From positions 1 through 51,350 of the forward strand of contig DATGJS010000120.1 of assembly GCA_035295025.1 (NCBI GenBank): 51,350 bases of DNA. Reading direction: 5' to 3'. This document shows, piece by piece, positions 1 to 10,501 of this stretch. The notes below the pieces were generated by a model, which had not been told where the DNA came from, did not search any database, and saw only the letters and a list, made by a program, of their open reading frames with translations. Within the stretch, counting starts at the first letter, position 1; every line of letters starts with the position of its first letter. The stretch comes from Bradyrhizobium sp. (GTDB lineage Bacteria; Pseudomonadota; Alphaproteobacteria; Rhizobiales; Xanthobacteraceae). Both the position numbers and the translations under genes were made by a program.

Positions 1-200
1 TGGTGCGCGACAAAATCGGCCCCGTCGCCGCGTTTAAATTAGCGATCACGGTCGGCCGCCTGCCGAAGACACGCTCGGGAAAAATCCTGCGCGGCACCAT
101 CAAGAAAATCGCCGACGGCGAGCCGTGGATTTTGCCCGCCACCATCGAGGATCCCAAGGTGCTGGACGAGATCGCGGAGGCGCTGAAGGGGAGGGTGTAG
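1..200 (+). CDS. prpE: Propionyl-CoA/acetyl-CoA synthetase family, C-terminal fragment (5' end outside window)
   Basis: RLPKTRSGKILR motif of the AMP-binding C-terminal domain followed by PATIEDP, typical of PrpE/Acs; TAG at 198-200. Confidence 0.8.
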   Translation, partial: VRDKIGPVAAFKLAITVGRLPKTRSGKILRGTIKKIADGEPWILPATIEDPKVLDEIAEALKGRV

Positions 201-210
201 AGGTTTGTGC

Positions 211-331
211 CGTCATTGCGAGCCAAACGGGTCCGCGCGAATGCGCGGCCCGATGACAGGCTCCGCGAAGCAACCCAGAACCCGGCCGCGATAACTGGAT
301 TGCTTCGGAGCTTTCGCTCCTCGCAATGACG
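211..331. repeat. Palindromic interspersed repeat (REP/MITE-like), copy A
   Basis: 12-bp terminal IR CGTCATTGCGAG/CTCGCAATGACG with internal stems; similar inverted copy at 4054-4172. Confidence 0.9.
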
Positions 332-403
332 ATTATCTAAATGGGGCGGCGTACAAATCCCACAATTCGGGCTAAAATGACCGAGGATCAAGCGGGATTT
401 GAC

Positions 404-673
404 ATGCGGCTTATCTTTCCTTCGGCGATTATCTTGACGCTTGCGCTTATGCTCTCCGCCTGCGCGCAGCGCCACCAGTTGCCGGTGAATTCCACGCTGA
501 ACGAAGACGACGACAGTTTTTGCCGCGCGGACGGCAAGGTCGCGCCCGGCTCTCCTGACTATGTCGCCTGCCGGAAAGACCGCGACGCCCAGCGCGCCAA
601 CACGGTTGATCGCGCCGACAAGAAACAGCGCGGGCTCGCGGAATATATGCTCAACAATCCGGTTCGGCCGTAA
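404..673 (+). CDS. Small hypothetical lipoprotein
   Basis: ATG 404, hydrophobic signal and lipobox LSA|C, two further Cys. Confidence 0.75.
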   Translation: MRLIFPSAIILTLALMLSACAQRHQLPVNSTLNEDDDSFCRADGKVAPGSPDYVACRKDRDAQRANTVDRADKKQRGLAEYMLNNPVRP

Positions 674-689
674 AGGTGGAAAGTGCCAC

Positions 690-1382
690 TTACTCTTCGT
701 CCGCCTTCTTGCCGCCGATGTTCTTGAGCTTGGCGAACACCGCATCGACATTGAGGTCTTCGCGCTGTTTCTCGGTGGGTTCGAATTCGGCCTCTTTCCG
801 GGTGGTTTCGGAGGCCGGCAGCAACGTGGCCCCGCCATAGGCGATATCGGCCGGCTTTTCCTTGGCCGCGCGCTGCACCTCGAAATCGAGCTCGATCTGC
901 GAGCACAGGCCAAGCGTCACCGGGTCCATCGGGGTCAGCGTCGAGGCGTTCCAATGGGTGCGGTCGCGCACGCTGGCGATCGTGGTTTTGGTGGTGCCGA
1001 CGAGACGCATGATTTGGGCGTCCTTCAATTCGGGGTGGTTGCGCACCAACCACAGGATCGCGCTCGGCCGCTCATGCCGGCGCGAGACCGGCGTATAGCG
1101 CGGACCTTTTTTCTTGGCCTGGGGCGGCAGCGTCACCTTGCTCTCGGCGATTTTGAGGCGGTAATTCGGGTCTTTTTCACCCTTTTCGATCTCATCGCGG
1201 GTCAATTGCCCGGTCGAAATCGGGTCCATGCCCTTGATGCCCTGGGCGGCGTCGCCATCGGCGATGGCGCGAACCTCGAGCGGGTGCATTTTGGTGAAAT
1301 CGGCCACCTGATCGAAGGTTAGCGCGGTGTTATCGACCAGCCACACGGCGGTTGCCTTTGGCATCAGCGGCGCATTGCTCAT
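690..1382 (-). CDS. DUF1013 family protein
   Basis: MSNAPLMPKATAVWLVDNTALTF N-terminus characteristic of this alphaproteobacterial family; AGGAGA RBS before ATG 1382. Confidence 0.85.
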   Translation of the reverse strand: MSNAPLMPKATAVWLVDNTALTFDQVADFTKMHPLEVRAIADGDAAQGIKGMDPISTGQLTRDEIEKGEKDPNYRLKIAESKVTLPPQAKKKGPRYTPVSRRHERPSAILWLVRNHPELKDAQIMRLVGTTKTTIASVRDRTHWNASTLTPMDPVTLGLCSQIELDFEVQRAAKEKPADIAYGGATLLPASETTRKEAEFEPTEKQREDLNVDAVFAKLKNIGGKKADEE

Positions 1383-1623
1383 GGCAAATCTCCTTTGCGC
1401 CTCGCCCACCTCTTTTCGGAGGCGAAGCCATGGTCATCAGCGATGACGGGAATTGGACCCTTTATAAGCCGTCCCGGGCCGGCCGCGCAATGGTCCTGCG
1501 GACGACCCTTGACAGCGCTTAAAAGGCGGCCCAAGTCCTTAAAGCGCGAGTGCTTAAAGAGATGTCCCTTCGAATCGACCGTTCGCCCTGATTTTGGGGC
1601 CGATTCGGTCCGAGACCGCCCCT

Positions 1624-2589
1624 ATGCCAGCCAAACCACCCCTGAAAATCGTGCTTTGCTCGCCGCGCGGCTTTTGTGCCGGCGTGGTGCGGGCGATCGA
1701 TACCGTCGAGCGGGCGCTCGCCATCTATGGCGCGCCAGTCTATGTCCGCCACGAGATTGTCCATAACCGCTATGTCGTGGATAGCCTCAAGACCAAGGGG
1801 GCCATCTTCGTCGAAGAACTGGCCGAAATCCCCGACAATACCAATGCGCCGGTGGTGTTTTCCGCCCATGGGGTCCCGAAATCCGTCCCGGCCGATGCCC
1901 GCGCCCGCAATTTCTTTTCGCTCGATGCCACCTGCCCGCTGGTCACCAAGGTGCACCGCGAGGCGGCGATCCATTTCAAGCGCGGCCGCGAAATCCTCTT
2001 GATCGGTCATTCCCATCACCCCGAGGTGGTCGGCACGCTCGGACAATTGCCGCAAGGCGCGGTGACGCTGATCGAGACCGCGGAAGACGCGGCGACCTTT
2101 ACCCCGAAAGACCCCAACAATCTGGCGTTCGTGACCCAGACCACGCTGTCGATCGATGACACCGCGGAAATCGTCGCGATGTTGAAGGGGCGTTTCCCGA
2201 ATATTTCCGGGCCGCACAAGGAAGACATTTGTTACGCGACCACCAACCGCCAGCTCGCGGTGAAGAAGGTAGCGCCGGTGGTCGATGCCTTGATCGTGGT
2301 CGGCGCGCCGAACTCCTCGAACTCGCAGCGGTTGCGCGAAGTCGCCGAGCGTGAGGGTTGCAAAATCGCGATTTTGGCCCAGCGCGCCGGCGACCTCGAT
2401 TGGTCGCGCTTCGACGGCATCAAAAGCCTCGGCATCACGGCGGGGGCTTCCGCCCCAGAGGTGATCGTCGAGGAAATCATGGGTGCGTTCGCCGAGCGGT
2501 ACGAATTGCATGTGGAGACGGTTTCGGCCGCGGAAGAGAACGAATTCTTCCCGCTGCCCCGCTCGCTTCGGCCCGACGCCGCGGAATAA
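1624..2589 (+). CDS. ispH: 4-hydroxy-3-methylbut-2-enyl diphosphate reductase
   Basis: [28 protein letters not shown] and [10 protein letters not shown] motifs. Confidence 0.97.
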   Translation: MPAKPPLKIVLCSPRGFCAGVVRAIDTVERALAIYGAPVYVRHEIVHNRYVVDSLKTKGAIFVEELAEIPDNTNAPVVFSAHGVPKSVPADARARNFFSLDATCPLVTKVHREAAIHFKRGREILLIGHSHHPEVVGTLGQLPQGAVTLIETAEDAATFTPKDPNNLAFVTQTTLSIDDTAEIVAMLKGRFPNISGPHKEDICYATTNRQLAVKKVAPVVDALIVVGAPNSSNSQRLREVAEREGCKIAILAQRAGDLDWSRFDGIKSLGITAGASAPEVIVEEIMGAFAERYELHVETVSAAEENEFFPLPRSLRPDAAE

Positions 2590-2606
2590 TCGAGGCCGGG
2601 TTTTCC

Positions 2607-3575
2607 ATGGCGGTTTACACCGACGTTGCCGCCGACGACCTTGCGGAATTCCTGAAAGATTACGAAATCGGCGCGCTGTTGTCCTATAAGGGCATCGCCG
2701 AGGGCGTCGAGAATTCCAATTTCCTGCTGCACACCACCTCCGGCTCCTTCATCCTCACGCTCTATGAAAAGCGGGTCGCCAAGAGCGATCTGCCGTTCTT
2801 TCTCGGCCTGATGACGCATCTGGCCGCGCGCGGGGTCAATTGCCCGCAGCCGGTGAGGGACAAAAACGGCGAGGCGTTGCGCATGCTCGCCGGCCGCCCG
2901 GCGGCGATCATCACCTTTCTCGAAGGCATCTGGCCGCGCAAACCGAGCGCGGCCCATTGCGCCGGCGTCGGAAAAGTGTTGGCGCAAATGCATCTGGCGG
3001 GAAGCGATTTCGCGATGTCGCGCGCCAACGCGCTGTCGGTTTCGGGATGGCGGCCGCTGTTCGAAAGTGCGGCCTCCCGCGCCGACGAGGTGCAGCAGGG
3101 GCTGCGCGGCTTGATCGCGGCCGAGCTCGACGATCTCGAAAGCGGCATCTGGCCGGCGCATTTGCCCGAAGGCGTCATTCATGCCGATTTGTTTCCCGAC
3201 AATGTATTCTTCCTCGATCATCAAGTATCCGGCATCATCGATTTCACTTTCGCCTGCACCGACATGCTGGCTTACGATGTCGCGATTTGCCTCAACGCCT
3301 GGTGCTTCGAGGCCGACGGCTCGTTCAATGTCACCAAGGCGCGCGCGCTGTTGTCGGCCTATGGTGGGATACGAAAATTATCGAAGGCGGAACAAGACGC
3401 GCTGCCGTTGTTGGCACGCGGTTCGGCGTTGCGCTTTCTTTTGACGCGGCTGGTCGATTTTCTCAACGTGCCCAAGGGCGCGCTGGTGCGCCCCAAAGAT
3501 CCGCTCGAATATGCCCGCAAGCTGCGCTTTCATCAAAGCGTCTCGTCGATCGGCGATTACGGCGTGCTGTCTTGA
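2607..3575 (+). CDS. thrB: Homoserine kinase type II
   Basis: MAVYT start, [23 protein letters not shown]; lies between ispH and rnhA. Confidence 0.95.
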   Translation: MAVYTDVAADDLAEFLKDYEIGALLSYKGIAEGVENSNFLLHTTSGSFILTLYEKRVAKSDLPFFLGLMTHLAARGVNCPQPVRDKNGEALRMLAGRPAAIITFLEGIWPRKPSAAHCAGVGKVLAQMHLAGSDFAMSRANALSVSGWRPLFESAASRADEVQQGLRGLIAAELDDLESGIWPAHLPEGVIHADLFPDNVFFLDHQVSGIIDFTFACTDMLAYDVAICLNAWCFEADGSFNVTKARALLSAYGGIRKLSKAEQDALPLLARGSALRFLLTRLVDFLNVPKGALVRPKDPLEYARKLRFHQSVSSIGDYGVLS

Positions 3576-3587
3576 GGGGCAAATAAA

Positions 3588-4040
3588 ATGAGCGCGCTTC
3601 CCCAAGTCATCATCCATACCGACGGTGCCTGTTCGGGTAATCCGGGTCCCGGCGGCTGGGGCGCGATTCTCAAATTCGGCGATGTCGAAAAAGAGATGAA
3701 GGGCGGTGAAGCGCACACCACCAACAACCGCATGGAGTTGATGGCGGGGATTTCGGCGCTGGAGGCGCTCAAAAAGCCCTGCACCGTCGATCTCTACACC
3801 GACAGCCAATATGTCCGGCAGGGCATCACCGGATGGATTTTCGGCTGGAAGAAAAACGGCTGGCGCACCGCCGATAAGAAACCAGTCAAGAATGCCGAGC
3901 TGTGGCAGCGGCTCGATGAGGCGTTAAAGCCGCATCAAGTGCGCTGGCACTGGGTCAAGGGCCATGCCGGTCACGACGACAATGAGCGCGCCGATCAATT
4001 GGCGCGCGACGGCGTGGCGATGGCGCGGCTGAAAGGGTGA
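3588..4040 (+). CDS. rnhA: Ribonuclease HI
   Basis: [40 protein letters not shown]. Confidence 0.98.
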   Translation: MSALPQVIIHTDGACSGNPGPGGWGAILKFGDVEKEMKGGEAHTTNNRMELMAGISALEALKKPCTVDLYTDSQYVRQGITGWIFGWKKNGWRTADKKPVKNAELWQRLDEALKPHQVRWHWVKGHAGHDDNERADQLARDGVAMARLKG

Positions 4041-4053
4041 TCGGGTCTACTCT

Positions 4054-4172
4054 CGTCATTGCGAGGGGCGTGAGCTCCGAAGCAATCCAGCTTCTCGCGA
4101 GAAAATTCTGGATTGCTTCGCGGAACCTGTCATCGGGCGCGCATTCGCGCGACCCGGTGGCTCGCAATGACG
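4054..4172. repeat. Palindromic interspersed repeat (REP/MITE-like), copy B, inverted relative to copy A
   Basis: Same 12-bp terminal IRs; reverse complement aligns with 211-331; lies between convergent rnhA and peroxiredoxin genes. Confidence 0.9.
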
Positions 4173-4178
4173 GATGAC

Positions 4179-4664
4179 TTAAAGCTGCCCGAGTAGCGTA
4201 TCGCCGCCGGAAACCTCAACCTTGCCCGGCGCGGGTTCGAGGTTGAATTTCGTCACGACGCCGTCTTCCACCAGCATCGAATAGCGCTTGGAGCGGATGC
4301 CTAAGCCATTGCCGGAGGCATCGAGCTCCATGCCGATCGCCTTGGTGAATTCGCCATTGCCGTCGGCAAGGAAGCTGGCCTCGTCGCGCTGATCGGTGTC
4401 GCGCTTCCAGGCGCTCATGACAAAAGCGTCGTTGACGGAAACGATCGCGATCGTGTCCACGCCTTTGCCCTTGATCGCATAGGCGTTCAGGAAGATGCTC
4501 GGCAGGTGCATCTTGTGACAGGTGCCGGTATAGGCGCCGGGCACGGCGAACAGCGCGACCTTTTTGCCCTTGAAAATGTCGTCGGTGGTCCGGACCTGGA
4601 GGCCGTCGGCCGTCAACATACGAAACTTGGTCTCCGGCAGCTTGTCGCCAACTTTGATCGTCAT
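4179..4664 (-). CDS. Peroxiredoxin (Prx5/Redoxin family)
   Basis: PGAYTGTC peroxidatic motif, VSVNDAFVM, RSKRYSM. Confidence 0.92.
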   Translation of the reverse strand: MTIKVGDKLPETKFRMLTADGLQVRTTDDIFKGKKVALFAVPGAYTGTCHKMHLPSIFLNAYAIKGKGVDTIAIVSVNDAFVMSAWKRDTDQRDEASFLADGNGEFTKAIGMELDASGNGLGIRSKRYSMLVEDGVVTKFNLEPAPGKVEVSGGDTLLGQL

Positions 4665-4787
4665 CGTTAGATCTCCCTTAAGATGGTGCGAATGTTCTTA
4701 GACCGGGCGCTCGCGCGGCACAATATTGGCAGGCCTCAAAACAGCAATGGCGGGTCGGGTTCACTGTTGCGTCATTTGCCGCGATGT

Positions 4788-6473
4788 TCATGCGGCGGCC
4801 GCCTTTTTCTCCTCCCGCAATTCCCGGCGCAGAATCTTGCCGACATTGGTTTTCGGCAAGGCCGTTCTGAATTCGATCTGCTTGGGAATCTTGTAGCTGG
4901 TAAGCTGCGTGGCGCAGAATTTGATGATCTCGGCGGCGGTCAGACTCGGGTCCTTCCTGACGATGAAGGCCTTGACCGCTTCGCCCGATTTGGCGTCGGC
5001 AACCCCAATCACCGCGCATTCGAGCACGCCCGGATGGCTTGCGATCACTTCCTCGACCTCGTTCGGATAGACGTTGAAGCCGGAAACCAGGATCATGTCC
5101 TTCTTGCGGTCCACGATCTTGGTGAAGCCATCCGCGTTCATCACGCCGATATCGCCGGTGCGGAAATAGCCGTCCGCGGTCATCACCTTGGCGGTTTCGT
5201 CCGGCCGGTTCCAGTAACCGGCCATCACCTGCGGTCCCCTGGCGCAGATTTCACCCGCTTGGCCGAGCGGTACTTCCCGGCCGTCGTCGTCCCGGATCGA
5301 GAGATAGGTCGAGGACACGGGAATGCCGATCGAGCCGGAAAATATTTCGGAATTGGCCGGGTTGCAGGTCAGGGTCGGCGAGGTCTCCGACAAGCCATAA
5401 CCTTCCGACAGCGGACAGCCGGTCACCGCCAGCCACTTTTCGGCGACCGGTTTCTGGGTCGCCATGCCGCCGCCATTCGAGACTTTCAATTTGGAGAAAT
5501 CGATTCGCTCGAAGCCGGGCGTATTCAACAACCCGTTGTAAAGCGTGTTGACGCCGGGAAAGAAGTTGACCTGATATTTCGACAGCTCCTTGACGAAACC
5601 CGTCATGTCCCTTGGGTTTGTAATGAGAAGATTGACGCCGCCGGCCCTCGTCCCCAACAGGAAGCAGGCCGTCAGCGCGAAAATGTGATAGAGCGGCAGC
5701 GCGCAGACGATCAAAAGCTGCTCGACGATCGGCGGCTTGTTCAGCGCCGGCTGCAGCCAAGCGTCGTTCTGCAACACATTGGCGACGATGTTGCGGTGAA
5801 GCAGCGTGGCCCCCTTGGAAAGGCCGGTGGTGCCGCCGGTATATTGCAGGAAGGCGACGTCGTCGGGCGTGAGCCTTGGTTTTTCGAAGGTCATGCCGCG
5901 GCCCGCGGCAACCGCCGCATTGAAGGCGACCGCGCGCGGAAGCGAAAAAGCGGGCACCATCTTCTTCATCCGCCGCACCACGAAATTGACGAGCGCGCCT
6001 TTGAGGCCGAGCAGATCGCCGATGCTGCCGATGATGACATGCTTGAGCTTCGTCTTGCCCATCACCTGCTGCACGGTGGCCGCGAAATTCTCCAACACGA
6101 TGATGGCTTCCGCGCCGGAATCCGTGAGCTGATGTTCCAGCTCGCGCGGCGTATACAGCGGATTGACGTTGACGACGGCAAAGCCGGCGCGCAGCACGGC
6201 GGCGGTCGCGATCGGATATTGCAACACGTTCGGCAGCATCAGCGCGACGCGGGCGCCTTTTTGCAGGCCTTTGCCTTGCAGATAGGCGGCCAGCGCGAGC
6301 GATTTTTCGTCGAGATCGCGGTAACTGATGGATTTGTCCATGCAGATGAAAGCCTTGCGATCGCGAAATTTCGCAAAGCTCTCTTCCAAGAGTTCGACCA
6401 GGGACGAATATTGGGTCACATCGATATCGGCCGGCACGCCGGGCGGATATTGCTAGAGCCAGATGCGCTCCAT
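4788..6473 (-). CDS. fadD: Long-chain-fatty-acid--CoA ligase with an in-frame TAG at codon 7 (possible pseudogene or restart at GTG 6437)
   Basis: QYTGGTTGLSKG, EGYGLSET, TGDIG, LPKTNVGKILR; RBS GGGAGG and ATG 6473 give MERIWL*QYPPGVPADID with TAG at 6455-6453. Confidence 0.88.
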
Positions 6474-6605
6474 GTCACTTCCCTCCCGGTTCATTGCCCT
6501 TGGGCCTTGTCAGCGGGACGCGCTGTTTCGCGTAATATTGGTCACCGCCGCCACTGAAGGCAAGCGGCGGGAGGTCGCGAAAGTGCCGGGTTCCGGTTAA
6601 GAAGG

Positions 6606-8060
6606 TTAAGCGCGTGGCTTTGGATCGCTGGTGCTACTCTTGGCGTGGCCGCTTTTGGTGTCGTGGTTATTGGGCGCGGGTTTGGCAGGCTTGGCGGCGG
6701 TCTTCGGTTTGGCCGATTTAGCGGTACTCTTATCGGCGGTCTTGTCCGACCCCTTGTCCGAATTCTTGCCGGCCGCATCCGGCTTGGCGCTGGCATGTTT
6801 GGCCGTGCCGGATGTGGCATTGCCACCGCCTTTCGCCTCGCGCTTGGGCTCAGGCGCGGCATCCGGCCGCCTTGCGGCCACGCGCGACTTTTTCCCGCGA
6901 TGTTTTGAAGCCGCCTGTTGTTCGTCGGCGTCGGCGGCCACCGCGGCGATCAGCGCCGTGCCAATGCGGGTCGGTCCGGTATAGACGGGGATCGGCTCGG
7001 AAGCGGCGGGCGCGGCCGCCAACAATTCCGAGGGCTTCAAAACGGGGGCTTGCTGACCGGTAGCGAAGGCCATCGCCGCTCCGGAGCCGCCGGCTGCCGC
7101 GTTGCTTGCAAGGGTGTCTTCATCGTCGTCACTTGCGGGCCGATGGCGTTTGCCGTTGCACATATCGTCGTGCAGGTTGGGCGGGGCGGCATCGATCGGC
7201 ACTAGATTTTCGACGGTGCCGAGCGAGGGGCGCAGCCACGACAGCGTTTCGCCGGCAAAGCCGCGCTCCAGCAGTTGGACCGCCTTGACCGCGCGTGCCT
7301 GACCGGACGAAGCGCCGAGCACGACCGCGATCAGCCGTTTGCCGTTGCGGGTGGCGGAAGCCACGAGGTTATAGCCGGAGGCACAGATGAATCCGGTTTT
7401 GAAACCGTCGGCGCCCGGATAGCGGCCGATCAGCCGGTTGAAATTCTGGGTAATCCGGCGGCCGTAACGGATCGAGGGAATGTGTACGAAATATTCGTAT
7501 TCGGGCAGATCGTGAATGATGGCGCGGGCCAGGATCGCAAGATCGCGCGCCGAGGTGATCTGACCATCGGCCGGCAGGCCGTTCGGATTGACATAGCTTG
7601 TCTGCGTCATGCCGAGCCGATGCGCGTTTTCGTTCATCATCGCCGAGAAATCGTCGATCGAGCCGCCGACGCCTTCGGCCAGCACCACCGCCATGTCGTT
7701 GGCCGACTTCACCAGCATCATCTTGAGCGCATTATCGACGGTAACTTGCGTGCCCGGCCGCAATCCCATTTTCGACGGCGACTGGGAAGCCGCGACCGGG
7801 GACACCGTGAACAGCGTATCGAGAGTGATCTTGCCTTCCTTGACCGTCTTGAGCGTCACATAGGCCGTCATCAGCTTGGTCACCGAGGCTGGATACCAAG
7901 GATAGGTCGCGTTCTCGGCCTGAAGCACTTTTCCGCTGTCGGCTTCCACCAATAACAGCGCCTCGGCGTTCGCCGCGCGCGGCGCGGCGGCGGCCAATGC
8001 CGCGAGCAAAATGACCGAACGCAAGGACGGTTTGAAAAACAACGAACGAATAAAAGACAC
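6606..8060 (-). CDS. D-alanyl-D-alanine carboxypeptidase (peptidase S11) with a low-complexity C-terminal tail
   Basis: SVTK (SxxK), SAN (SxN) and KTG motifs; signal peptide. Confidence 0.92.
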   Translation of the reverse strand: MSFIRSLFFKPSLRSVILLAALAAAAPRAANAEALLLVEADSGKVLQAENATYPWYPASVTKLMTAYVTLKTVKEGKITLDTLFTVSPVAASQSPSKMGLRPGTQVTVDNALKMMLVKSANDMAVVLAEGVGGSIDDFSAMMNENAHRLGMTQTSYVNPNGLPADGQITSARDLAILARAIIHDLPEYEYFVHIPSIRYGRRITQNFNRLIGRYPGADGFKTGFICASGYNLVASATRNGKRLIAVVLGASSGQARAVKAVQLLERGFAGETLSWLRPSLGTVENLVPIDAAPPNLHDDMCNGKRHRPASDDDEDTLASNAAAGGSGAAMAFATGQQAPVLKPSELLAAAPAASEPIPVYTGPTRIGTALIAAVAADADEQQAASKHRGKKSRVAARRPDAAPEPKREAKGGGNATSGTAKHASAKPDAAGKNSDKGSDKTADKSTAKSAKPKTAAKPAKPAPNNHDTKSGHAKSSTSDPKPRA

Positions 8061-8295
8061 TATCTGATTCCGGTTCTTTGCGACCTGCTTGCGAGGCGCG
8101 AAAACCCTCGCGGAGGTCTCGACGTGTTTCAGCGTTCAGGCGTATCCGGCACCATTGTCGGCGATCTCGTAGCCGACTCGGCCATCATGGTAGCGGCGAA
8201 ACTATACCGCCTCGCCCGGTTGGAACAGAGGCAAATGGCGCGAATACGTTTTACGTTCCCCGCATGAGCGGAAAAACGCAATCAGGTTTTTCGGA

Positions 8296-10107
8296 TCATG
8301 CGCAATCGGATTTATTCGGCGAGGAAAGGGGCCGAATTTCGACGATGCTCGTTCTCGTACTTTCCTGCCCCATGAATTGGGCCCGCGCAAGTTCCGAAAA
8401 ACGGCCGCCTTTCGCGACAAGTTCATCGAAAGTTCCGCTTTCGATCACGCGACCGCCGTCGAAGACGAGGATGCGCGTGGCGTTGCGAATGGTCGAAAGC
8501 CGGTGGGCGATGACAAAGGTGGTGCGCCCCTTCATCACCTCGTCGAGCGCGGCATGGACCTTGGCTTCCGTGACCGCATCCAGCGCGCTGGTCGCCTCGT
8601 CGAGAATCAGGATCGGCGGATCCTTCAACAAAGCACGCGCGATCGACAGCCTTTGCCGTTCGCCGCCGGAGAGCATCCGCCCGCGCTCGCCGGCATGAGC
8701 CTCGAAGCCGCGTTCGCCGCGCGCGATGAATTCCAGCGCCTGGGCGCGGTCGGTGGCGATCCGCAGGTCCTCGTCCGAGGCGTCCGGCCTGCCGACCCGT
8801 AAATTGTCCGCGATCGAGCGGTCGAACAGCAGGGCTTCCTGAAACACCACGCCGATATTCCGCCGCAGCGCCGTCAGTGCCAGGCCGCGCACGTCCATGC
8901 CGTCGATCCGAATCACGCCCGATTGCGGATCGAACGCCCGGTGCAACAGCGCGATCGCGGTGGATTTGCCGGCGCCGGTCGGGCCGACCAGCGCGATGGT
9001 CTGGCCGGGCAGCGCCGTAAAGGAGAGGTCTTCGACCGCCGGCCGCTTGCCGTCATAGGAAAACGAAACGTCGTTGAATTCGACGAGGCCCGAAAGGCGG
9101 CCGGTGTCGATCGCGTCGGGGCTGTCGTGAACCGCGGGCGCCGCGTCGAGCACGTTGAAGAATTCCTGCAAGCGCGGCGCCTGCAAAAACAAATTATTGA
9201 TGAAGCCGACCACCTGTTCGAGTTTTTGAATCAGCATGGTGGCGAAACTGACGAACATCACGATCTCGCCGACCGAGGTCAGGCCGTATTCGTGCAGGAT
9301 GATGCCGGTGGTGAAGATCGCAAGCACTGTGATCGTGGTCGAAGCGCGGGTGATGACGGCCACCACCGCCCACCATGACAGGACGGGAATCTGCGCCGCC
9401 AACAGCTTGTCGGCGACCAAGCGCACGCTTTGGACCTCGGCATCGATGCGCACGAAGCTTTGCACCAGCGCGACATTACCAAGCGCGTCGGAAGCGCGGG
9501 CGAAAAGGTCGCTGTAATGGGCCTCGACCTCGCTCTGCATGCCATGGGTCTTGCGTACCACGAAGGTGGTGAGAAAGCTGAAGACCGTGCAGAGTGCGAA
9601 CAAGAGGATCGCCAACCGCCAGTTGATGTAGAAGGCGAGCGGCAGCAACACCAAAAGCGACAGGATCGCGGTGAAGTGCTCACGGAAAAACCCGAGCCAG
9701 AGCTGCCACAGCGCATCGGTTCCGCTCAGCATCACCTTCATCAGACGCCCCGAATGGGTGCCGGTGTGGAAGGTCAGCGGCAGTTGCAGGACATGTTCGA
9801 AATAATTGGTCAGAACCTCCTGCCGCTGGCGATGGGAAAGCCGATCGGCGTGCAGCGCCACCGCCGTGCCGCACAGGATTGTGAACAGGCCGAACGCCGC
9901 CCAGGTGATGAGCAGCAGCCAGACCGGCGATCCTGACCTGGCGGAATCGGGCGTGCCGGAGAGAACGTCAATGATGCGGCCGAACAGCACCGGCTCGGCG
10001 AATTGCGCAGCCGCGAGCAGGAGATTGGCGCCTGCCAGTATCCAGCCGAGCCGCGCTTCCTTGCCGAGCAGTTCGAGCACACGCAGATAAAGGCGAGGCA
10101 GGGGCAT
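8296..10107 (-). CDS. ndvA: Cyclic beta-glucan ABC exporter, fused permease/ATPase (NdvA/ChvA-like)
   Basis: [13 protein letters not shown] and [10 protein letters not shown] membrane-domain motifs; Walker [27 protein letters not shown]. Confidence 0.82.
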   Translation of the reverse strand: MPLPRLYLRVLELLGKEARLGWILAGANLLLAAAQFAEPVLFGRIIDVLSGTPDSARSGSPVWLLLITWAAFGLFTILCGTAVALHADRLSHRQRQEVLTNYFEHVLQLPLTFHTGTHSGRLMKVMLSGTDALWQLWLGFFREHFTAILSLLVLLPLAFYINWRLAILLFALCTVFSFLTTFVVRKTHGMQSEVEAHYSDLFARASDALGNVALVQSFVRIDAEVQSVRLVADKLLAAQIPVLSWWAVVAVITRASTTITVLAIFTTGIILHEYGLTSVGEIVMFVSFATMLIQKLEQVVGFINNLFLQAPRLQEFFNVLDAAPAVHDSPDAIDTGRLSGLVEFNDVSFSYDGKRPAVEDLSFTALPGQTIALVGPTGAGKSTAIALLHRAFDPQSGVIRIDGMDVRGLALTALRRNIGVVFQEALLFDRSIADNLRVGRPDASDEDLRIATDRAQALEFIARGERGFEAHAGERGRMLSGGERQRLSIARALLKDPPILILDEATSALDAVTEAKVHAALDEVMKGRTTFVIAHRLSTIRNATRILVFDGGRVIESGTFDELVAKGGRFSELARAQFMGQESTRTSIVEIRPLSSPNKSDCA

Positions 10108-10166
10108 GGTGATGGGACTAGCGTATGATGACGTTAGCTTAGGCCGGTGCGGCATCGGAAATCGTC

Positions 10167-10192
10167 CACCTCTCCCCCGCCGGGGAGAGGTG
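10167..10192. repeat. GC-rich palindrome (REP-like)
   Basis: 11-bp perfect stem CACCTCTCCCC/GGGGAGAGGTG with a 4-nt loop. Confidence 0.7.
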
Positions 10193-10362
10193 AAACGAAC
10201 CCGCTGACGGTGTTTCATCCAAATCTCATCATGCTCTAAAGAGAACGGTTACTCAATTGATCAGGTGCTCGCCGCGCGAAGGCAGGCTTGGCGCCGCCAT
10301 GGCCGGGCAGAAAGAGGACAAGGCGCGCGCGGGGCCGGCCTTGATCCAGTCATGATCCAGTC

Positions 10363-10443
10363 TTGGTCCGGTGAAGCTTCCCCCGGCCCCCACAAGTCTT
10401 CCGACTGAATTAAGCCGCTGGTCACTGTGGCCGGTGGTTTTCC
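10363..10443 (+). ncRNA. Candidate small RNA or structured leader
   Basis: Three successive hairpins; the last (10412-10440) is 13 bp with several G-U pairs that form only on the + strand and ends in a U run. Confidence 0.35.
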
Positions 10444-10501
10444 GGTATTCCGGGCGTCGCGTTAACACGCTGGCGAGGCGTTTGGACTATTTTAGGCAAT
10501 C

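Noticed and set aside
2358-2606. Upstream extensions in the ORF track (thrB, ndvA, yqaA, livM-like, argH, APH and others)
   Set aside because: They overlap neighbouring genes or lack an SD; family N-termini and RBS positions support later starts
6453-6455. Pyrrolysine or genome-wide amber recoding as the explanation for the fadD TAG
   Set aside because: TAG is an ordinary stop elsewhere here (prpE, livG-like, argH) and no pyl genes or suppressor tRNA are in the window
4683-6557. 624-aa plus-strand ORF and similar long antisense ORFs (1519-2511, 2232-3224, 16014-17054, 19297-20316, 25410-26777, 38730-39725)
   Set aside because: Shadow frames opposite well-supported genes, expected at high GC; no recognisable motifs
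6596-6609. TTAA-N5-TTAA upstream of fadD as a CtrA box
   Set aside because: Spacing is wrong (needs N7) and the second TTAA contains the dac stop codon
10471-10486. TGGCGAGGCGTTTGG as a sigma54 promoter for hisE
   Set aside because: Has GG instead of the invariant GC at -12
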